From contig NIVC01002283.1 in the NCBI GenBank assembly GCA_002269645.1, positions 110,336 through 174,335 of the forward strand: 64,000 nt of DNA, in the 5' to 3' direction. How positions within the stretch are numbered: the first letter of the stretch is position 1; each line of letters opens with the position of its first letter. The position numbers and the translations under genes were made by a program. The stretch comes from Macrostomum lignano (lineage: Eukaryota). Under the pieces are notes generated by a model. That model did no database searches and was not told the DNA's origin. It was given only the letters and a program-made list of their open reading frames with translations. Below, piece by piece: positions 49,701-64,000 of this stretch.

Positions 49701-51182
49701 ATTTCATCTCAACAATGTCCCTCCCTAACAAAGATCGAATTGGTCGACGGCGTTAAAATCTTTCGCTACGAGGGCTCGTTGTACTTTGCTTGCGCCGAGA
49801 ACTTTCGCGACAGTCTGTACCACAAGAGCGGCGTGCATCCGCGCAAGATGCTGCTGGCCAGACGCAAACTCACAGAAAAGTACGCTAAACTGGCGGCTAA
49901 GAAGCTGCAAAAATCGCCGGAGGTGTTGAAGAAAGAATTTTCTAAACTGACCGACTCTGAACGATCCGAGGCTCTGAAAGAATTTGGCCTTCAGTGGCCT
50001 CCAGTGCCGGTGGATCACGTGATTTTGGACGCCTCCACCTGGGGCTACATTGACTACGTCGGCGTGCGAGCTTTGAATCAGACAATTCAGGAATACAAGG
50101 AGGTCGGCATTCGAGTGTACTTGGCGAATCCGAAATGTGAGATTTTTCTAGAAATATGAGTTTTTCAATGATTAGCCTAGGATATTGAAGACGTATCAGG
50201 CTTGACTATGCTAAAACAGGATTTTAACCAAATTCTCGATCCTTAACCGTAACTTTTTAGCCCTTGTCGGTCACGCCATCTACACTGTAGACGTCAAATT
50301 GAAATTAACCCAAAATCTATTCAATTGAATCACATTGTGTTGTTCGCGTGCGGTCATCTAGTATTCAATTCTATTGTAGAACGCGTTTGCTTTATTATAA
50401 TACTGACTCCAGCTCGTTGACTTCTGCTTTGAATATTCTTTTTGAGATAGAGTCACGCCCGTATCCTGTTGGCCTAATTCAAGGATATAAAAATTGTTAA
50501 ACTCCTGGTGCTCCTGCAGCGATCCATTCCCAGCAAGACAGGCAACGAAACTCACAAGTCCTCTCCTGCTATCCTTGCCACCTAGATGCACCTAAAAGCT
50601 CGTTATAGTAGGCATGTTGTCAGATACTTACATAAGCGCACTGTCTGTGAATCCTCGGCCTTGACTTTCTCATTGGCAGACAGTATTGATTGCACGAACC
50701 CATAACAAATAAACATCATGCAAAAGCATACAGACGCACCACAGAAACGGAAACTTTGGTGCCAAGATCAGATCAGATCAGGAGGGGCTACCGTTCTGTC
50801 TACCTGACCTACCTGATGACTACCATGAACAACCGTAGACATACATGTACGGTAGTCATTAATTGCAGCTTTTGCTCAAGTGTGTAAAAAATGCCATTTA
50901 CCGAATTAACCAATCATCACAGGCGGCATTCGAGCCTGTCTGCAGCGCTCCGATTTCTACGAGAAGAACGAACCGGACATTATCTACGTCTCCGTGCACG
51001 ACGCTGTCCTTGCCGCGCAGTGTGAACAGAGGGAGGCCGCCGCCAAAGGCGGTGACACTCGCGCCGTCGCTGCTGTACAAGCCGCCAACTTGTCTGTCAA
51101 TCAACCGGCTGCTGATGACGATGGCGCCGGTGAAGCTGCAATCGAAACTAGTGCAGAAGATAACGCTGATTTAAAGGCATAA
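43782..51182 (+). CDS. SLC26 sulfate/anion transporter, prestin (SLC26A5/6)-like with STAS domain
   Basis: Ten exons: 43782-43836, 44103-44627, 45857-46254, 46728-46892, 47366-47521, 47607-47689, 48520-48670, 48819-49283, 49734-50136 and 50923-51182, all GT-AG with consistent phases. Motifs: DFISG|LTVGIMHIPQGMAYA, GLYTSFFP, GTSRQVSMG, SLSRSAVQ, and STAS LDASTWGYIDYVG / SVHDAV. Confidence 0.93.
44700..44895. repeat. 42-bp tandem repeat (ctgacacccgattgtcctaatgcgaggcctgattgataacct)
   Basis: About 4 units in an SLC26 intron. Confidence 0.88.
46500..46655 (-). mobile_element. tRNA-derived SINE family copy 4 (diverged)
   Basis: gccatgtacactctgtctgccttgggggttagccctca...acaagcccc parallels the 7.4 kb copy. 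ttcgaacc at ~46650 is a B-box-like reverse complement. Confidence 0.55.
47830..48400. repeat. 31-bp minisatellite (cccctcccctcagatccttcagtggctgctg)
   Basis: About 18 units in an SLC26 intron. Confidence 0.96.
50400..50560 (-). mobile_element. Possible Ty1/copia RT remnant
   Basis: NNFYILELGQQDTGVTLSQKEY resembles the copia RT motif YLGxxIxQxxxGIxLSQxxY. The segment is very short and has no other domain nearby. Confidence 0.3.
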
Positions 51183-51254
51183 ATGAAACTGCTTCTGTGT
51201 GAACTGTGGCGTGCGTAGGAATTTGTCTTGCCAAGGGGATGAAACCCTTTGGTG

Positions 51255-52035
51255 TCTTAGGAACGAGCCTGTCCCTTAGGTGGGCTTCACTCTCTCTTAG
51301 GTGGGCTCCACTGTCTCTTAGATGGAAGCCACTGTCTTTTAGGTGAAAGCCATTGTCTTTTAGGTGGGTTCCACTGGCTCTTAGGTGGACTCCCCTGTCT
51401 CTTAAGTGGGCTCCACTGTCTCTTAGGCGGGAGCCACTGTCTCTTAGGTGGAAGCCACTGTCTTTTAGGTGAAAGCCACTGTCTCTTATGTGCATGGGCT
51501 CCACTGTCTCTTAGGTGGGAGCCACTGTCTTTTAGGTGGGAGCCACTGTCTCTTAGGTGGGAGCCACTGTCTCTTAGGTGGGAGCCACTGTCTCTTAGCG
51601 GGGGCGCCTATCTCTTAGGTGGGAGCCCCTGTCTCTTAGCGGGGGCGCCTATCGCTTAGGTGGGAGCCCCTGTCTCTTAGGTGGGAGCCACTGTCTTTTA
51701 GGTGGGAGCCACTGTCTCTTAGGTGGAAGCCACTGTCTCTTAGGTGGGAGCCACTGTCTCTTAGGTGGGAGCCACTGTCTCTTAGGTGGAAGCCACTGTC
51801 TCTTAGGTGGGAGCCACTGTCTCTTAGGTGGGAGCCCCTGTCTCTTAGCGGGGGCGCCTATCTCTTAGGTGGGAGCCACTGTCTCTTAGGTGGGAGCCAC
51901 TGTCTCTTAGGTGGGAGCCACTGTCTCTTAGGTGGAAGCCACTGTCTCTTAGGTGGAAGCCACTGTGTTTTAGTTTGGAGCCACTGTCTCTTAGGTGGGA
52001 GTCACTGTGTTTTAGTTTGGAGCCACTGTCTCTTC
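51255..52035. repeat. 21-bp minisatellite (ttaggtgggagccactgtctc) just after the SLC26 stop codon
   Basis: About 36 units. Confidence 0.96.
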
Positions 52036-53029
52036 ATCATAAGTACCGAATGTAGAAGCCGTGTCCATGAGGTGGCTATCGTGGAGCTCCCATCATTCAC
52101 CGAGGTTGTTGGCCTCATTAGAAAAGGCACACTTTTATGGAACGTGCCTATGATTTATTGGTGGATTGGAGGGATCATGGACCCCGGCCTCACTACATAC
52201 AGCGTGTACACCACTTTGTGTGAATAAGTCTGCGTTTCAGAACCAGGTAACTTTTTCCAAGAAATAAGGGACTTAGAGGAATACAACGGTGGAGGGAACA
52301 ACTTGCAATACCTTTGAAACCCATGTACCCACAGCTGACAAATCTTCGGTAAAGGTATGAAAACATTCATGGTTTTAGGTCGCAAGATTCCAAAGGATTC
52401 TACAAACTGCTTTACTTGCTGGATTATTTTTTTCTCTCAATTTTTTCTTCTCAACCACAGCTCTGCAATTATTTTATCTTGCATCATCAACTCAAATGCA
52501 ACTTTATTTAGACGTCATAAAACATTTTATAAAAACTGGATTGGTAAAAACTTTATCGCTACTACTAGTAATACATAGAGAATCCTTTTTGGAAATTATC
52601 CTTAGCTGAGGCCACTTACTTTATCAGCAGTTAATGCTTTTAAATCAAATTATGCTCTTTATACATTTCTTTTCAACCTAAATAATACAATAATGGGTTT
52701 TTATGAGCTGTCTTAGATATAACTGTTTAGTTCCTTAGATGCGTTCCATTTTTCTGTTTATTAAATATCCGAAAATCTATAATAATGCATAATCATAAAC
52801 AGCAATTTTTTTGTTTCTTTTATTACTGTGCAACCGTGATTCCAGGTTTTCTTGGAAATGGTGTTGTTTAGACTGTCATAACCGCAACCGCAATGTACAC
52901 GTGTATTATGCATGACAATATTGCTGCAATCGTAGATATTTGTCTAAGAATTTCTCTCAAACTTGAGAGCCTGGGAATCATCACTCTGCGCCATAGTGAC
53001 ACTGGCGTATTCGCTGACCTCTCATGACC

Positions 53030-53390
53030 CCCTTATGACCCTTAAAGATCTCCCCTAATGACTCTTTTAATGACCCCACTTAATGACCCGCTCATTACTC
53101 CTTTAACGACATCTTAATGACCCCTTAGTAACCTCTAATGACCCTCTAATGGTTTTTTATAAAGAGTCTAACGACCCGCTAATGACATTTTCATGATTCC
53201 TATAATGACGCTCTTAATGACCCCCTAATGACTTTCTCACGACTCTTTTAATGACCCCCTAATGACCCTCTTAATGACCCTCTCATGACACTTTTAACGA
53301 TATCCTAATGAAACTTTAGTTAGTGACCCCCTAATGACCCTTTTAATAACCCTCTCATGATCTAATTTATGACCCTCTAATGACCCCTTT
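53030..53390. repeat. Degenerate taatgacccc-rich tandem repeat
   Basis: Many imperfect taatgaccc units. Confidence 0.8.
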
Positions 53391-53749
53391 CCAAGAGTGC
53401 AACAGTAAAAGTACACAAATTTAACTACATCAAAATTCACAAAGTTACATGTATATCTCACTAATTGCATCTATTTTATTGCTTCTACTGTCCATCCGAA
53501 TTGTATCTGAATATATTGATAACAGGAATATTTATCACTGCTTCATTTCCGGCCAATGGGAAATATAGATGTGTACTACAAAGTCCCTTATGAAATGCAT
53601 AATATATAGCAAATAAATCATTTTAATTGGCAATGCATATACAGAGTTCCGTTCAGTACGTTTTATCATCTGCAAACAGGTCACTGCAAAAGATTTTTAA
53701 CAACGCTTTTGTTCATTTCCGTCTATAATTGATTTTTGACAGATTTCTA

Positions 53750-54830
53750 GTGGCGCCCCTGTCCCTAATGGTGGGCACACCTGTCCCAAATGGTGGCGCC
53801 CCTGTCTCAAATGGTGGCGCCCCTGTCCCTAATAGAGGCACCCCTGTCCCAATGGTGGTGCCCCTGTTCCTAACGGTGGTTCCCTATCCCTAATGGTGGC
53901 GCCCCTGTCCCTAATAGAGGCGCCCCTGTTCCTAATGTTGGCTCCCCTGTCCCTAATGTTGGCTCCCCTGTCCCTAATGGTGGCGCCCCTGTCCCTAATA
54001 GTGGCGCCCCTGTCCCTAATGGTGGGGCCCTGTCCCTAATGGTGGCGCCCCTGTTCCTAACGGTGGTTCCCTATCCCTAATGGTGGCGCCCCTGTCCCTA
54101 ATAGAGGCGCCCCTGTTCCTAATGTTGGCTCCCCTGTCCCTAATGTTGGCTCCCCTGTCCCTAATGGTGGCGCCCCTGTCCCTAATAGTGGCGCCCCTGT
54201 CCCTAATGGTGCAGGCGCCCCTGTCCCTAATAGAGGCGCCCCTGTCTCTAATGGTGGGGCTCCTGTCCCGAATGCATGGTGAGCACCCCTGTCCCTAATG
54301 GTGGCGCCCCTGTTCCTAATGGTGGCGCCCCTGTCCCTAATGGTGGCGCCTCTGTCCCTAATGGTGACGCCCCTGTCCCTAATGGTGACGCCCCTGTTCC
54401 TAACGGTGGTTCCCTATCCCTAATGGTGGCGCCCCTGTCCCTAATAGAGGCGCCCCTGTCCCTAATGTTGGCTCCCCTGTCCCTAATAGTGGCGCCCCTG
54501 TTCCTAATGTTGGCTCCCCTGTCCCTAATGGTGGCGCCCCTGTCCCTAATAGTGGCGCCCCTGTCCCTAATGGTGCAGGCGCCACTGTCCCTAATAGAGG
54601 CGCCCCTGTCTCTAATGGTGGGGCTCCTGTCCCGAATGCATGGTGAGCACCCCTGTCCCTAATGGTGGCGCGCCCCTGTTTCTAATGGTGGCGCCCCTGT
54701 CCGAATGGTGGCGCCCGTGTCCCCAATGGTGGCGCCCCTGTCCCAATGGTGGCGCCCCTGTCCCAATGGTGGCGCCCCTGTCCCCAATGGTGGCGCCCCT
54801 GTTCCTAATGGTGACACCCCTGTCGCTAAA
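53750..54830. repeat. 21-bp minisatellite (ggtggcgcccctgtccctaat) with internal block duplications
   Basis: About 50 units; blocks such as ...gaatgcatggtgagcacccc occur twice (~54270 and ~54635). Confidence 0.95.
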
Positions 54831-55399
54831 CTGAGTTTCAAAAGGCCAGATTTTGCCGCCCTCACGGTCTAAACTAGAAATTGACAAGTAACATCAGTCA
54901 GTCGAAATTTTACATCAAAGAATGAAGAGTTTCAATATATTGTTTACATATTCAAGACATACTTGAGATTCAAATCCCAGCTACAGTTGAAATTATATTA
55001 TTTATTGTAATTTGTAACCATATAGGAGCAAACATAGGATTATAAACTAACAAATAGAAAGGAAATTTGCTTGAGTTGCGAAGCCTAGACTGGTTTTAGT
55101 TCTATTCGAAGTTGAACGATTAAAATGCAAGTCAGGCATGAAAGTTAAACTTTGCCTGCATTTCAATTATCTCTGGATATATATATATATATATACCGAT
55201 TGTATACATGGGGCTTTGGCCTATTAATTAATGCGAAGATTCAGCTAACCTGCTAAGAATTCAAAGCATATCATATTTTCGATTATGATCTTTTTTACAC
55301 TGTACTTGCATCTTGCATGCACGTCTGGTAAAATCAAGAGTAAGGAAATGCGAGATTGGAATTTCAAGACAGAAGATTTAAAAATACAAGCAGGAACAA

Positions 55400-55930
55400 A
55401 AGAAGGGAATCTCAGGGACTCACAGGGATCCACGGGGGGAGGGAATCACAGGGACTCACAGAGAGGGAATCACAGGGACTCACATGGAGGGAATCACAGA
55501 GATTCACAGGGAGGGTATCACGAGATTCACAGGGACGGAATCACGAGATTCACAGGGGGGAATCACAAAGATTCACATGGAGGGAATCACGAGATTCACA
55601 GGGAGGGAATCACAAAGATTCACAGAAATTACAGGCAGGGAATCACAGGGACTCACATGGAGGGAATCACAGAGATTCACAGGAAGGGAATCACAGAGAT
55701 TCACAGGAAGAGAATCAGTGAATCACAGAGATTCACAGGGAGGAAATCACAGATTCACAGGAATCACCAGGTAGGGAATCACAGGGACTCACAGGGAGGG
55801 AATCATATAAAGTCACAAGGAGGGAATCACAGAGATTCACAGGAAGGAACTCACAGAGACTCTCTGGGAAGGACTCACAAGGACTCACAAGGACTCTCAG
55901 GGAATCACAGTGATTCACATGGATTCATAG
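55400..55930. repeat. Degenerate gggaatcacagagattcaca repeat
   Basis: Imperfect units of about 20-25 bp. Confidence 0.85.
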
Positions 55931-57424
55931 GAAGAGGGTGATGATCTTAAATCATAAATGCAGCATGCTATAGTCTGCACTGTCAGTGCAATATTTGCTC
56001 ACTGCATAGTACATGTGAATAGAGACTTTCCCTTGTAGTTGTATGGTCAAGGCTCATTCACACTGCCATTAAAGGAGCTATAAAATCACGCGCCCAATGT
56101 ACAAAGGAATCAAATGTGATGTGATGTACAAATTGTGTGATCACCATGGTCACACATTGCAACTCACATAATATATTCACATAGACCATGACTCAGCACT
56201 CAGCAGTCGCCAGTGTCTGCTCAAGTTTCTATATTTTTTCTAGAGCACGCTAAAGTGGGTAGAAGTTGGACTCGGGCTTTTGCTGCAATTTGCTGCAACA
56301 GCTAGTCTAGAATTAGAACGGAAAAACTTCCAACTGAGAGTGTAGAGAGAATTAAAATGAAAGACAAACCATATCTTTCATTTCTTGCTCTAATTTTTTT
56401 TCAGTTTCGAGCGTCATTGGAGACGGAGAGAAACAGAGCTAGCATTAAAATTGCATTGGAATTGGAAATAGGTAAAATGGAAATGGAAAAATGGAAAAGA
56501 AATAAAAAGAAATTTCTTTACTTGGCCTGTGGCCTGTGGCTGGCAACGCATGCAGATGCAATGCATTCTTTTTAGTTTACAACTCCAAGCCCAGGAGCGT
56601 TCTAGCTTCTATTGTGCTACAAGTGAGGCATTGGCAAGCAAGAGAGAGGGAGAGGGAGAGACGGGACGGGAACCATGGCAACGGCCCCACTTGAGTTATA
56701 GCCTCAAGGCTCACTCCCTCTCCAGCTAAGGGGGCTGCTAGAGTCTGGCAAGCGGGCAGAATTATTGGGCTATGCTATGGCCATGGGGGTAATTGCTGTA
56801 GCATACTGCCCGCCTACTGCACAGCCGAAGTCCCATGCATGCATGCAGTGTGAGCGTGGAGGGAGTGACGAGACGAGTGAGTAAGCGAGCGAGTGGGCTG
56901 AGTCTGAGGGCAATCCACTGAATCCAGTGCAAGGCGCGCCGGCGTCGCATGGGTGGGTCTCTTAGGGGGGTTTGGGGATTGTGGGGTGCTAGAGAAATCT
57001 AGCAAGGGCTGGCTACGCCCTCAATACCAATACAGCAGGGCCTAACAGACAGCAAGCATAGACTGGGGTAGAGAAAATCCTTCCTTCCCTTCACACTGGG
57101 GGGCCAGGCAGGGTTGGGTTGGAAATGAAATTTAGGGGGGGGGGGTTGAAGCCTGAGGGTGAGTCACATCGCGTGGCTTCAGCCCCCTCAGCCCTTCACT
57201 GCCCAAAATTATCGATTTTTCCTACCCCTACTAGGAGTGAAAGCCAGCGCAAACAATTGAGGTACGGGACAGGGGTTTGTATTTGATCTAAAATCTACAA
57301 CTAGCGTACACTGATATAGTGTACATGACTGAAAAAACCCCGCCCAACGCCTTCCGACCCATTTTCCGTCCCCACACATCGCTATTGGCAACGCGGGCTT
57401 TACAGCATAATGGCCAGATACCAT

Positions 57425-57459
57425 GTTGCCGTTGGTTACGCCGGGCCAACTCTATAAAA
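57425..57459 (+). promoter_or_regulatory. RFX X-box plus TATA box of alpha-tubulin
   Basis: The reverse complement of 57425-57439 is GTAACC-AAC-GGCAAC, an exact fit to GTNRCC(N0-3)RGYAAC. TATAAAA lies at 57453-57459. Confidence 0.65.
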
Positions 57460-57575
57460 TAGAGAATTCTGAGCCCGCTCCGAGACGCCTCATCGCCAGC
57501 TCTACAGCTAACTTCAAGCTCGTCAAAGCGTTTTGTCTTCTACAGTCTCCACGCCTCTTTCTAGGCTAATCAACC

Positions 57576-59032
<1,457 letters not shown>

Positions 59033-60289
59033 ACAGTGAATAAAAGCTGCGAAGATGAAGCTAACTACAAAAACTGATTAATCATCTTTTTAGTTGCTCG
59101 TCGGACTCCTTTTTTATTACTCGCTCCTCTAAATCCCCCAGCTTATTCTTAACCACGTTTAATCAACCATTTAAATTACTGACAGTGTTACATCCGTGCT
59201 GCTGGTCTATCGATTTATTTCGGTGGTTCTGCAGTCGCGTGTTGCATAAATTGAAGTGGCGGGAGCCAAGCTCGTAGTCGTTGCAGTGCGTGCTGTTCAG
59301 TGAGCAAAGACGCGTGACAGTGGCGCAGTCAACCTCTGAACCCACCGTGTGGGCTTCATGTTGCTGAGCTCTGTTTCCTGCCTCTTACTATATTTGTCTG
59401 GCTGCTTTGCTCACTGAGGTTTAAATGGCTGTCCTTGTGTCCGGGTGATGGTTCCCAGTAGAGGACTTGGTTGTGCGTTTTTTTCTAACAGAATTTGAGA
59501 AGGCCACGTCTGATTCCATCGTCAGTTGTGACTATCTTATATTGTTGCCATCAACAACGGCCAATCAGCTTAAGTTTAACTGCTGTCTGCCTCTATAACA
59601 CCAGATATCCACTTAACAACTCTATGATTTAAATAAAATTGGAATCTTTTCATTTCCACATCTTTTCGTCTTGAGACTTCATTTTGCCAAAGAGCAACTT
59701 TACTCTACTACTTGCCAGAACTAAATAGTAACAGTAGTATATGCTGAATCAGCAGTTCATTAGTGTGGGCGGGGGCGGCGATCTTCACATGGTGTCCAAA
59801 AGGGTGCTATGCGTCCAAGCAACTCGAATTAAGCATGTTACTCTTAGGTTGTCAGCATGCATGCATTTTTAGCTCGTACTTGCAGGTGGTTCTTTAGAAA
59901 TCTGATTAGTGTCTAAAGTAAGTGTTACTTTTGCCCATACATGTAGATTTTCAATGCGTACCTGAAATTAAACCAGCTTGGTGTCATTTGATAGCGGAAA
60001 ATTAAGAAAATCACTTAATGTATTGGGCCTATATGGTGGCCCATTAGTTACAAAGGGGTAATAAGTTACAAAAGGAGTAATTCCGGGGGTATACCAAGGA
60101 CCCTTGGAATTGTTATTACATGTACATTATTACATGAGAATTACAGTACATTAGCACATTCTCATGCATCATTATGGACAGAAAATGATGCCTGCATCGG
60201 TTTCTGATGAGTCAGGGTCGAAATTAGAAAATCGGCCTTCAAAATTTTTGCTCAAATTTGGAGTGGTGCGTACAAAGAGGAATCTCTAA

Positions 60290-60534
60290 CAGGGACTACT
60301 CAATACTCGGGACAGGAAACGACAATATTTGGAGGCCGATCTACATGTATATCAATACATTAACTTACATGTAGTCCTTAAAAGCATTACTTCGATTAGG
60401 CCCTATACCTTGTAGTCAGTGAGTTTGTGTCTGGTATAATCCAAGCGATGCTTTTCGAGGACTACATGTAAGTTATTAATAGATCGGCCTCCAAAATATT
60501 GTCGTTTCCCGTTCCGAGTATTGAGTAGTCTCTG
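60290..60534. mobile_element. hAT-type MITE with ~100-bp inverted arms
   Basis: cag(g/a)gactactcaatactcgg... is mirrored at the right end. The 8-bp flanks atctctaa / atctctag match at 7 of 8. Confidence 0.8.
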
Positions 60535-60609
60535 ATCTCTAGCAGCACTTTTATGCATGACCTGGTGATGTAGCTGCACATCAAACAAACAATTCAGTTT
60601 TCAGTCCAG

Positions 60610-62990
60610 TGGCATCATCACCGCCGTGAAGCACAGCGACTGGGCTGCGCGGATCGTGCCGGTCGTCAAGAAGGACGGCAGCGTTCGGATTTGCGGGGAC
60701 TACACAAGCTGACGACCTACAACGCGGTGAGCAAGCCGGAGCACTACCCGCTGCCTCGCATCGAGGACCTCTTCGCCAAGCTCGGCGGCGGCTTCAAGTG
60801 GACCAAGCTCGAACTGTCCAACACCTTGCAGCACCCGCGCTGGCCGACGACAGAAAGGCGTTTCTCACCATCAACACGTCTAAAGGCCTCTTCCAGGTCA
60901 ATCGCCTCCCATTCGGTATCACGAGCGCCAGCGCGATCTTTCAACGCACCCTGGACACCCTTCTGGGAGAATTGGACGCCGTCCAAATCTTCGTCGAAGA
61001 CAGTCTGGTCACCGGCAGCACAATGGAACAGCACAAGAGGAACCTGGCGCTGGTCCTGCGGCGCTTTAAGGACCCCGGCCTACGACTCAACAAGGAGAAA
61101 TGCAAATTCTTCGAGGACTCTGTTGAGTACCTCAGCCATCGGATCGATGCCAGCGGACTCAAGCCGCTGCCGGATCGGGTCACCGCCGTCCAGGACGCGC
61201 CAGCACCCAAGGACGTCAGCCAGCTGCACTCGTTTCTGGGCATGCTAGCGCAGTACTGCAAGTTCCTGCCCAACTTGTCTGGCGCCGCTCCACCAGCTCT
61301 TGGCCAAGAACACTCGCTGGTCATGGGGGCCACCGCAGCAACAGGCATTCGCAGAGGCCAAGCGGCTGCTGCTCGAGTCCACGGTTGTCGTGCACTACAA
61401 TCCAAATCTGCCGCTGCTGGGTCTGCTGGGCGAGCGCAAGGGCATCCCGGCACACGCGGCCGCCCGGATGCAGCGCTGAGCCATTTGGCTGTCGAGCTAC
61501 GACTACACGCTGGAGTTCAGGCCGACCGAAACGCATGCAAATTGCGACTCGCTCTCGCGACTGCCGCTTTCGCACCTGTTCGAGGAGGAGGCGGCCGTCA
61601 ACTCACTGCTGCTCGACGAGGGCTCTGGGTCGGCCATCACGGCGCTGGCGGCGGCGCGGCACACTAGGACGGACGCCTCACTCGGTCGGGTGCTTCGCTG
61701 CTTGCAAACTAGCGCGCCCATCGGCGCTAACCTGAGCAACTTCGCCTGGCGGCCAACCGGTCGACCAAGATTGTGTCCTGTGGAGCGCAAAGGTCGTCGT
61801 GCCGACCGCGCTGCGTCAACACGTGATCCAAGAGTTACATCAGGCGCATCCCGGCATCAGCAGAATGCGCGCCCTGGCTCACAGCTACGTGTGGTGGCCC
61901 GGCCTTGGCTTCGGCCTTGGCAGGACTTGGCCGGTAGCCGTGGCCAAGTCCTGCCGCAACTGTCAGCTCAACCAGCCCGACCCGCCCAAGGCACGGTGCA
62001 ACCGTGTCCTCTGCCGTCCGAGCCATGGGAGCGCCTGCACATCGACTTTGCCAGTCCGGTCGACGGTCACACGTACCTGTGGTGGTCGATGCTCATAGCA
62101 AGTGGCCGGAGGTCCAGCGGATGCGCGTTACAACGTCGGCGGCCACCATCGCGGCGCTGCAGGATATGTTCGCGCGCCAAGGCATTCCACGCACCGTGGT
62201 GTCCGACAACGGGTCGCAGTTCGCCTCCGCTGAGTTCGCCGAGCTCACCCGGGCTAACGGCATTCGTCACGTGTTCTCGGCGCCGTTTCATCCCGCCACC
62301 AACGGCCAGGCCGAGAGCTTTGTGCAAGACCTGAAGCGACATCTACTCAAGAGCGGCCACTCCGACGTTGAGCTTCAGTGACTGCTGCTCAGCTATTGCA
62401 ACTCTCCACACAGCATCAGCGGCGTTGCCCCGAGTCAGCTGCTCATCGACCGTCGGCTTCGCTGCCGCCTGGACCTCTTGGCACCGTCGCTGACCGATGA
62501 CGTTCAACGACGGCAGGAGCGACAGCTGCAGGAACGCAGACCGGCGCGCGAGTTTCAGCTGGGTGATCACGTCCTCCTCCGCGACTACAGCGCCGGCGCG
62601 ATAGCCGGTGACATGCCACGCTGGGCTGAGGGCGTCGTCACGGGCGCCGGCAGCCGCAACTACACGGTTGACTCGGAGCGTGGCCAGCACTTCCGGCACA
62701 CTGATCAGCTGGTGGCAGCCCGCGCTGACTCCGCTGACACCGTCCATCCGCCGCCTGCTACGGATGACGGCGCCGCCCCGAGTGACAGTGGCGTGCGAAG
62801 CGCTGACACCGAAACCCCCGCCGTCACGGCCAGCGAGGGGGCGTCCGGCACTGACGTCGAGCCTACGAGCGGTGTGCGACTCGAGCCTGGCACTTCTCGG
62901 CGGTAACCCTGAGGGTTCGAGGCCCACCTCAGAGACTACAGCTGTGAAGGGGGGAACTGACTCAGGGGGGGGGGGAGTGTGACATTGTGG
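60610..62990 (+). mobile_element. Decayed Ty3/Gypsy pol (RT, deleted RNase H, integrase) with PPT and probable 3' LTR start
   Basis: RT motifs [30 protein letters not shown] and RLPFGITSASAIFQR. Integrase motifs HQAHPG, HIDFA, VSDNGSQF and FHPATNGQAE, plus a GPY/F-like FQLGDHVL. Many frameshifts. Purine tract at 62964-62977 followed by TGT. Confidence 0.92.
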
Positions 62991-63149
62991 TGTTATGCAA
63001 TTGAATAAAGCAAGTTTGAAAAAAATCGGTTCAGGCATTCAGGCTGTAGACTGGAATACCGGTCAAACCTTAGAGATTTAGTATATTGTGATTATTCTTA
63101 GTGTATTCTTAGTTAGTTACTAGCAATCTGCGCCCCCCGTTGAGGAGAC

Positions 63150-63790
63150 AAAGAAATGCAATGCACATTTTTTTAATAAGCTACATGTAGCCTTGAAATC
63201 TTAAAAAATCTCCTGTCAAACTTCTAACCCTAACCCTAACCCTAATCATAATCCATGAGTTTTTGCATGATGCTTCTATGATTTTTTGTATGACGCTTCC
63301 ATTATTTTTTTGCATGACGCTTCCATGATTTTTCACATGTCGCTTCCATTATTTTTGCATGACGCTTCTATGATGAACATTTTTAATAAGCTACATGAGC
63401 TAAGTTATAAGCTAAACTAACCCTAGCCCTAACCCGAATCTTAACGCTATAACCCTGAACCTAACCCTAAACCTAAACTCTAATACCAACCCTAACACAA
63501 ACCCTACAGCCTGACATCTGCATAAGTTTGTGAAGCGCTAGTAGTATTTTTTAGCTTAGTATCTTAGCGTTAGGGAGCAAAAAATGCAGTACAAGTTTCG
63601 TAATAAACTACATATAGCATCTCTTTGCATTATACCTCAGCAGTCCCTTGTAAGCCTTGACATGTCAGTAATTCCCCCCACAAGCTTTAACATATCAACT
63701 TCCCCCTTGACATCTCAGCGATGCCCCCATAAGCCTTGAAATCTAAAAAATCTGTCATAGTTATTATTTGCGAGCGCGCTGGAATTGAGT
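63150..63790. repeat. Composite repeat with interstitial (TAACCC)n telomere-like tracts
   Basis: (TAACCC)3 at 63225-63242 and degenerate copies at 63415-63500. catgacgcttcc repeats lie between them, and ccttgaaatctaaaaaatc and tttttaataagctacatg are each duplicated. Confidence 0.7.
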
Positions 63791-64000
63791 GGCTATAGTG
63801 TGTTTCAGTGCGTGTGCACTGCGCCGGGTAGTATGTTTGCGTCTCACGCGCGGCTAGCATGGTGGGGTCTGGGCGGTCAGGCCAACCATCCTTTAGTCCT
63901 AGGGTAAATAAACGTGTCTTATAAAGAGCCCAGTTGAATGATCTGATTCTCTTCGTTTTTCTACGCACTCAACTCAATTACAAGCCTTTAGCTTCAATCT

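Noticed and set aside
59163-59400. Cys-containing minus-strand ORF convergent with tubulin
   Set aside because: No ATG or convincing splice partner and no recognisable domain.
63220-63500. True telomere or chromosome end
   Set aside because: Only three perfect units, with ordinary sequence on both sides.

Overview
Intron-containing eukaryotic (animal) DNA. Coding exons are GC-rich, introns are short to kb-sized, interstitial TTAGGG-like repeats occur, and roughly a quarter of the window (manual tally) is minisatellite. The style suggests a free-living flatworm such as Macrostomum, but this is inference and not proven. Eight protein-coding genes could be spliced by hand: the 3' part of an RNF213/mysterin-like E3 ligase (RING plus RZ finger, with apparent 1-nt frameshifts); a head-to-head ciliary pair, TCTEX1D2/DYNLT2B and ENO4; a DOMON-cytochrome b561 (FRRS1-like) protein; a highly degenerate ER-targeted HSP70 (signal peptide, KQEL tail, eroded ATP-binding motifs); a bombesin/CCHamide-type GPCR; a prestin-like SLC26 anion transporter; and an alpha-tubulin with an RFX X-box. 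Between them lie a foldback element, several hAT-type MITEs (some carrying internal minisatellites or telomere-like repeats), tRNA-derived SINEs including a CORE-SINE, RTE LINE pieces, a Tc1 relic, a decayed Gypsy pol and over 20 tandem-repeat arrays. The best leads are the pseudo-ATPase ER HSP70, the micro-exon/frameshift arrangement of the RNF213 RZ finger, and TIR elements that appear to carry minisatellites. All family assignments come from motif recognition without database searches.
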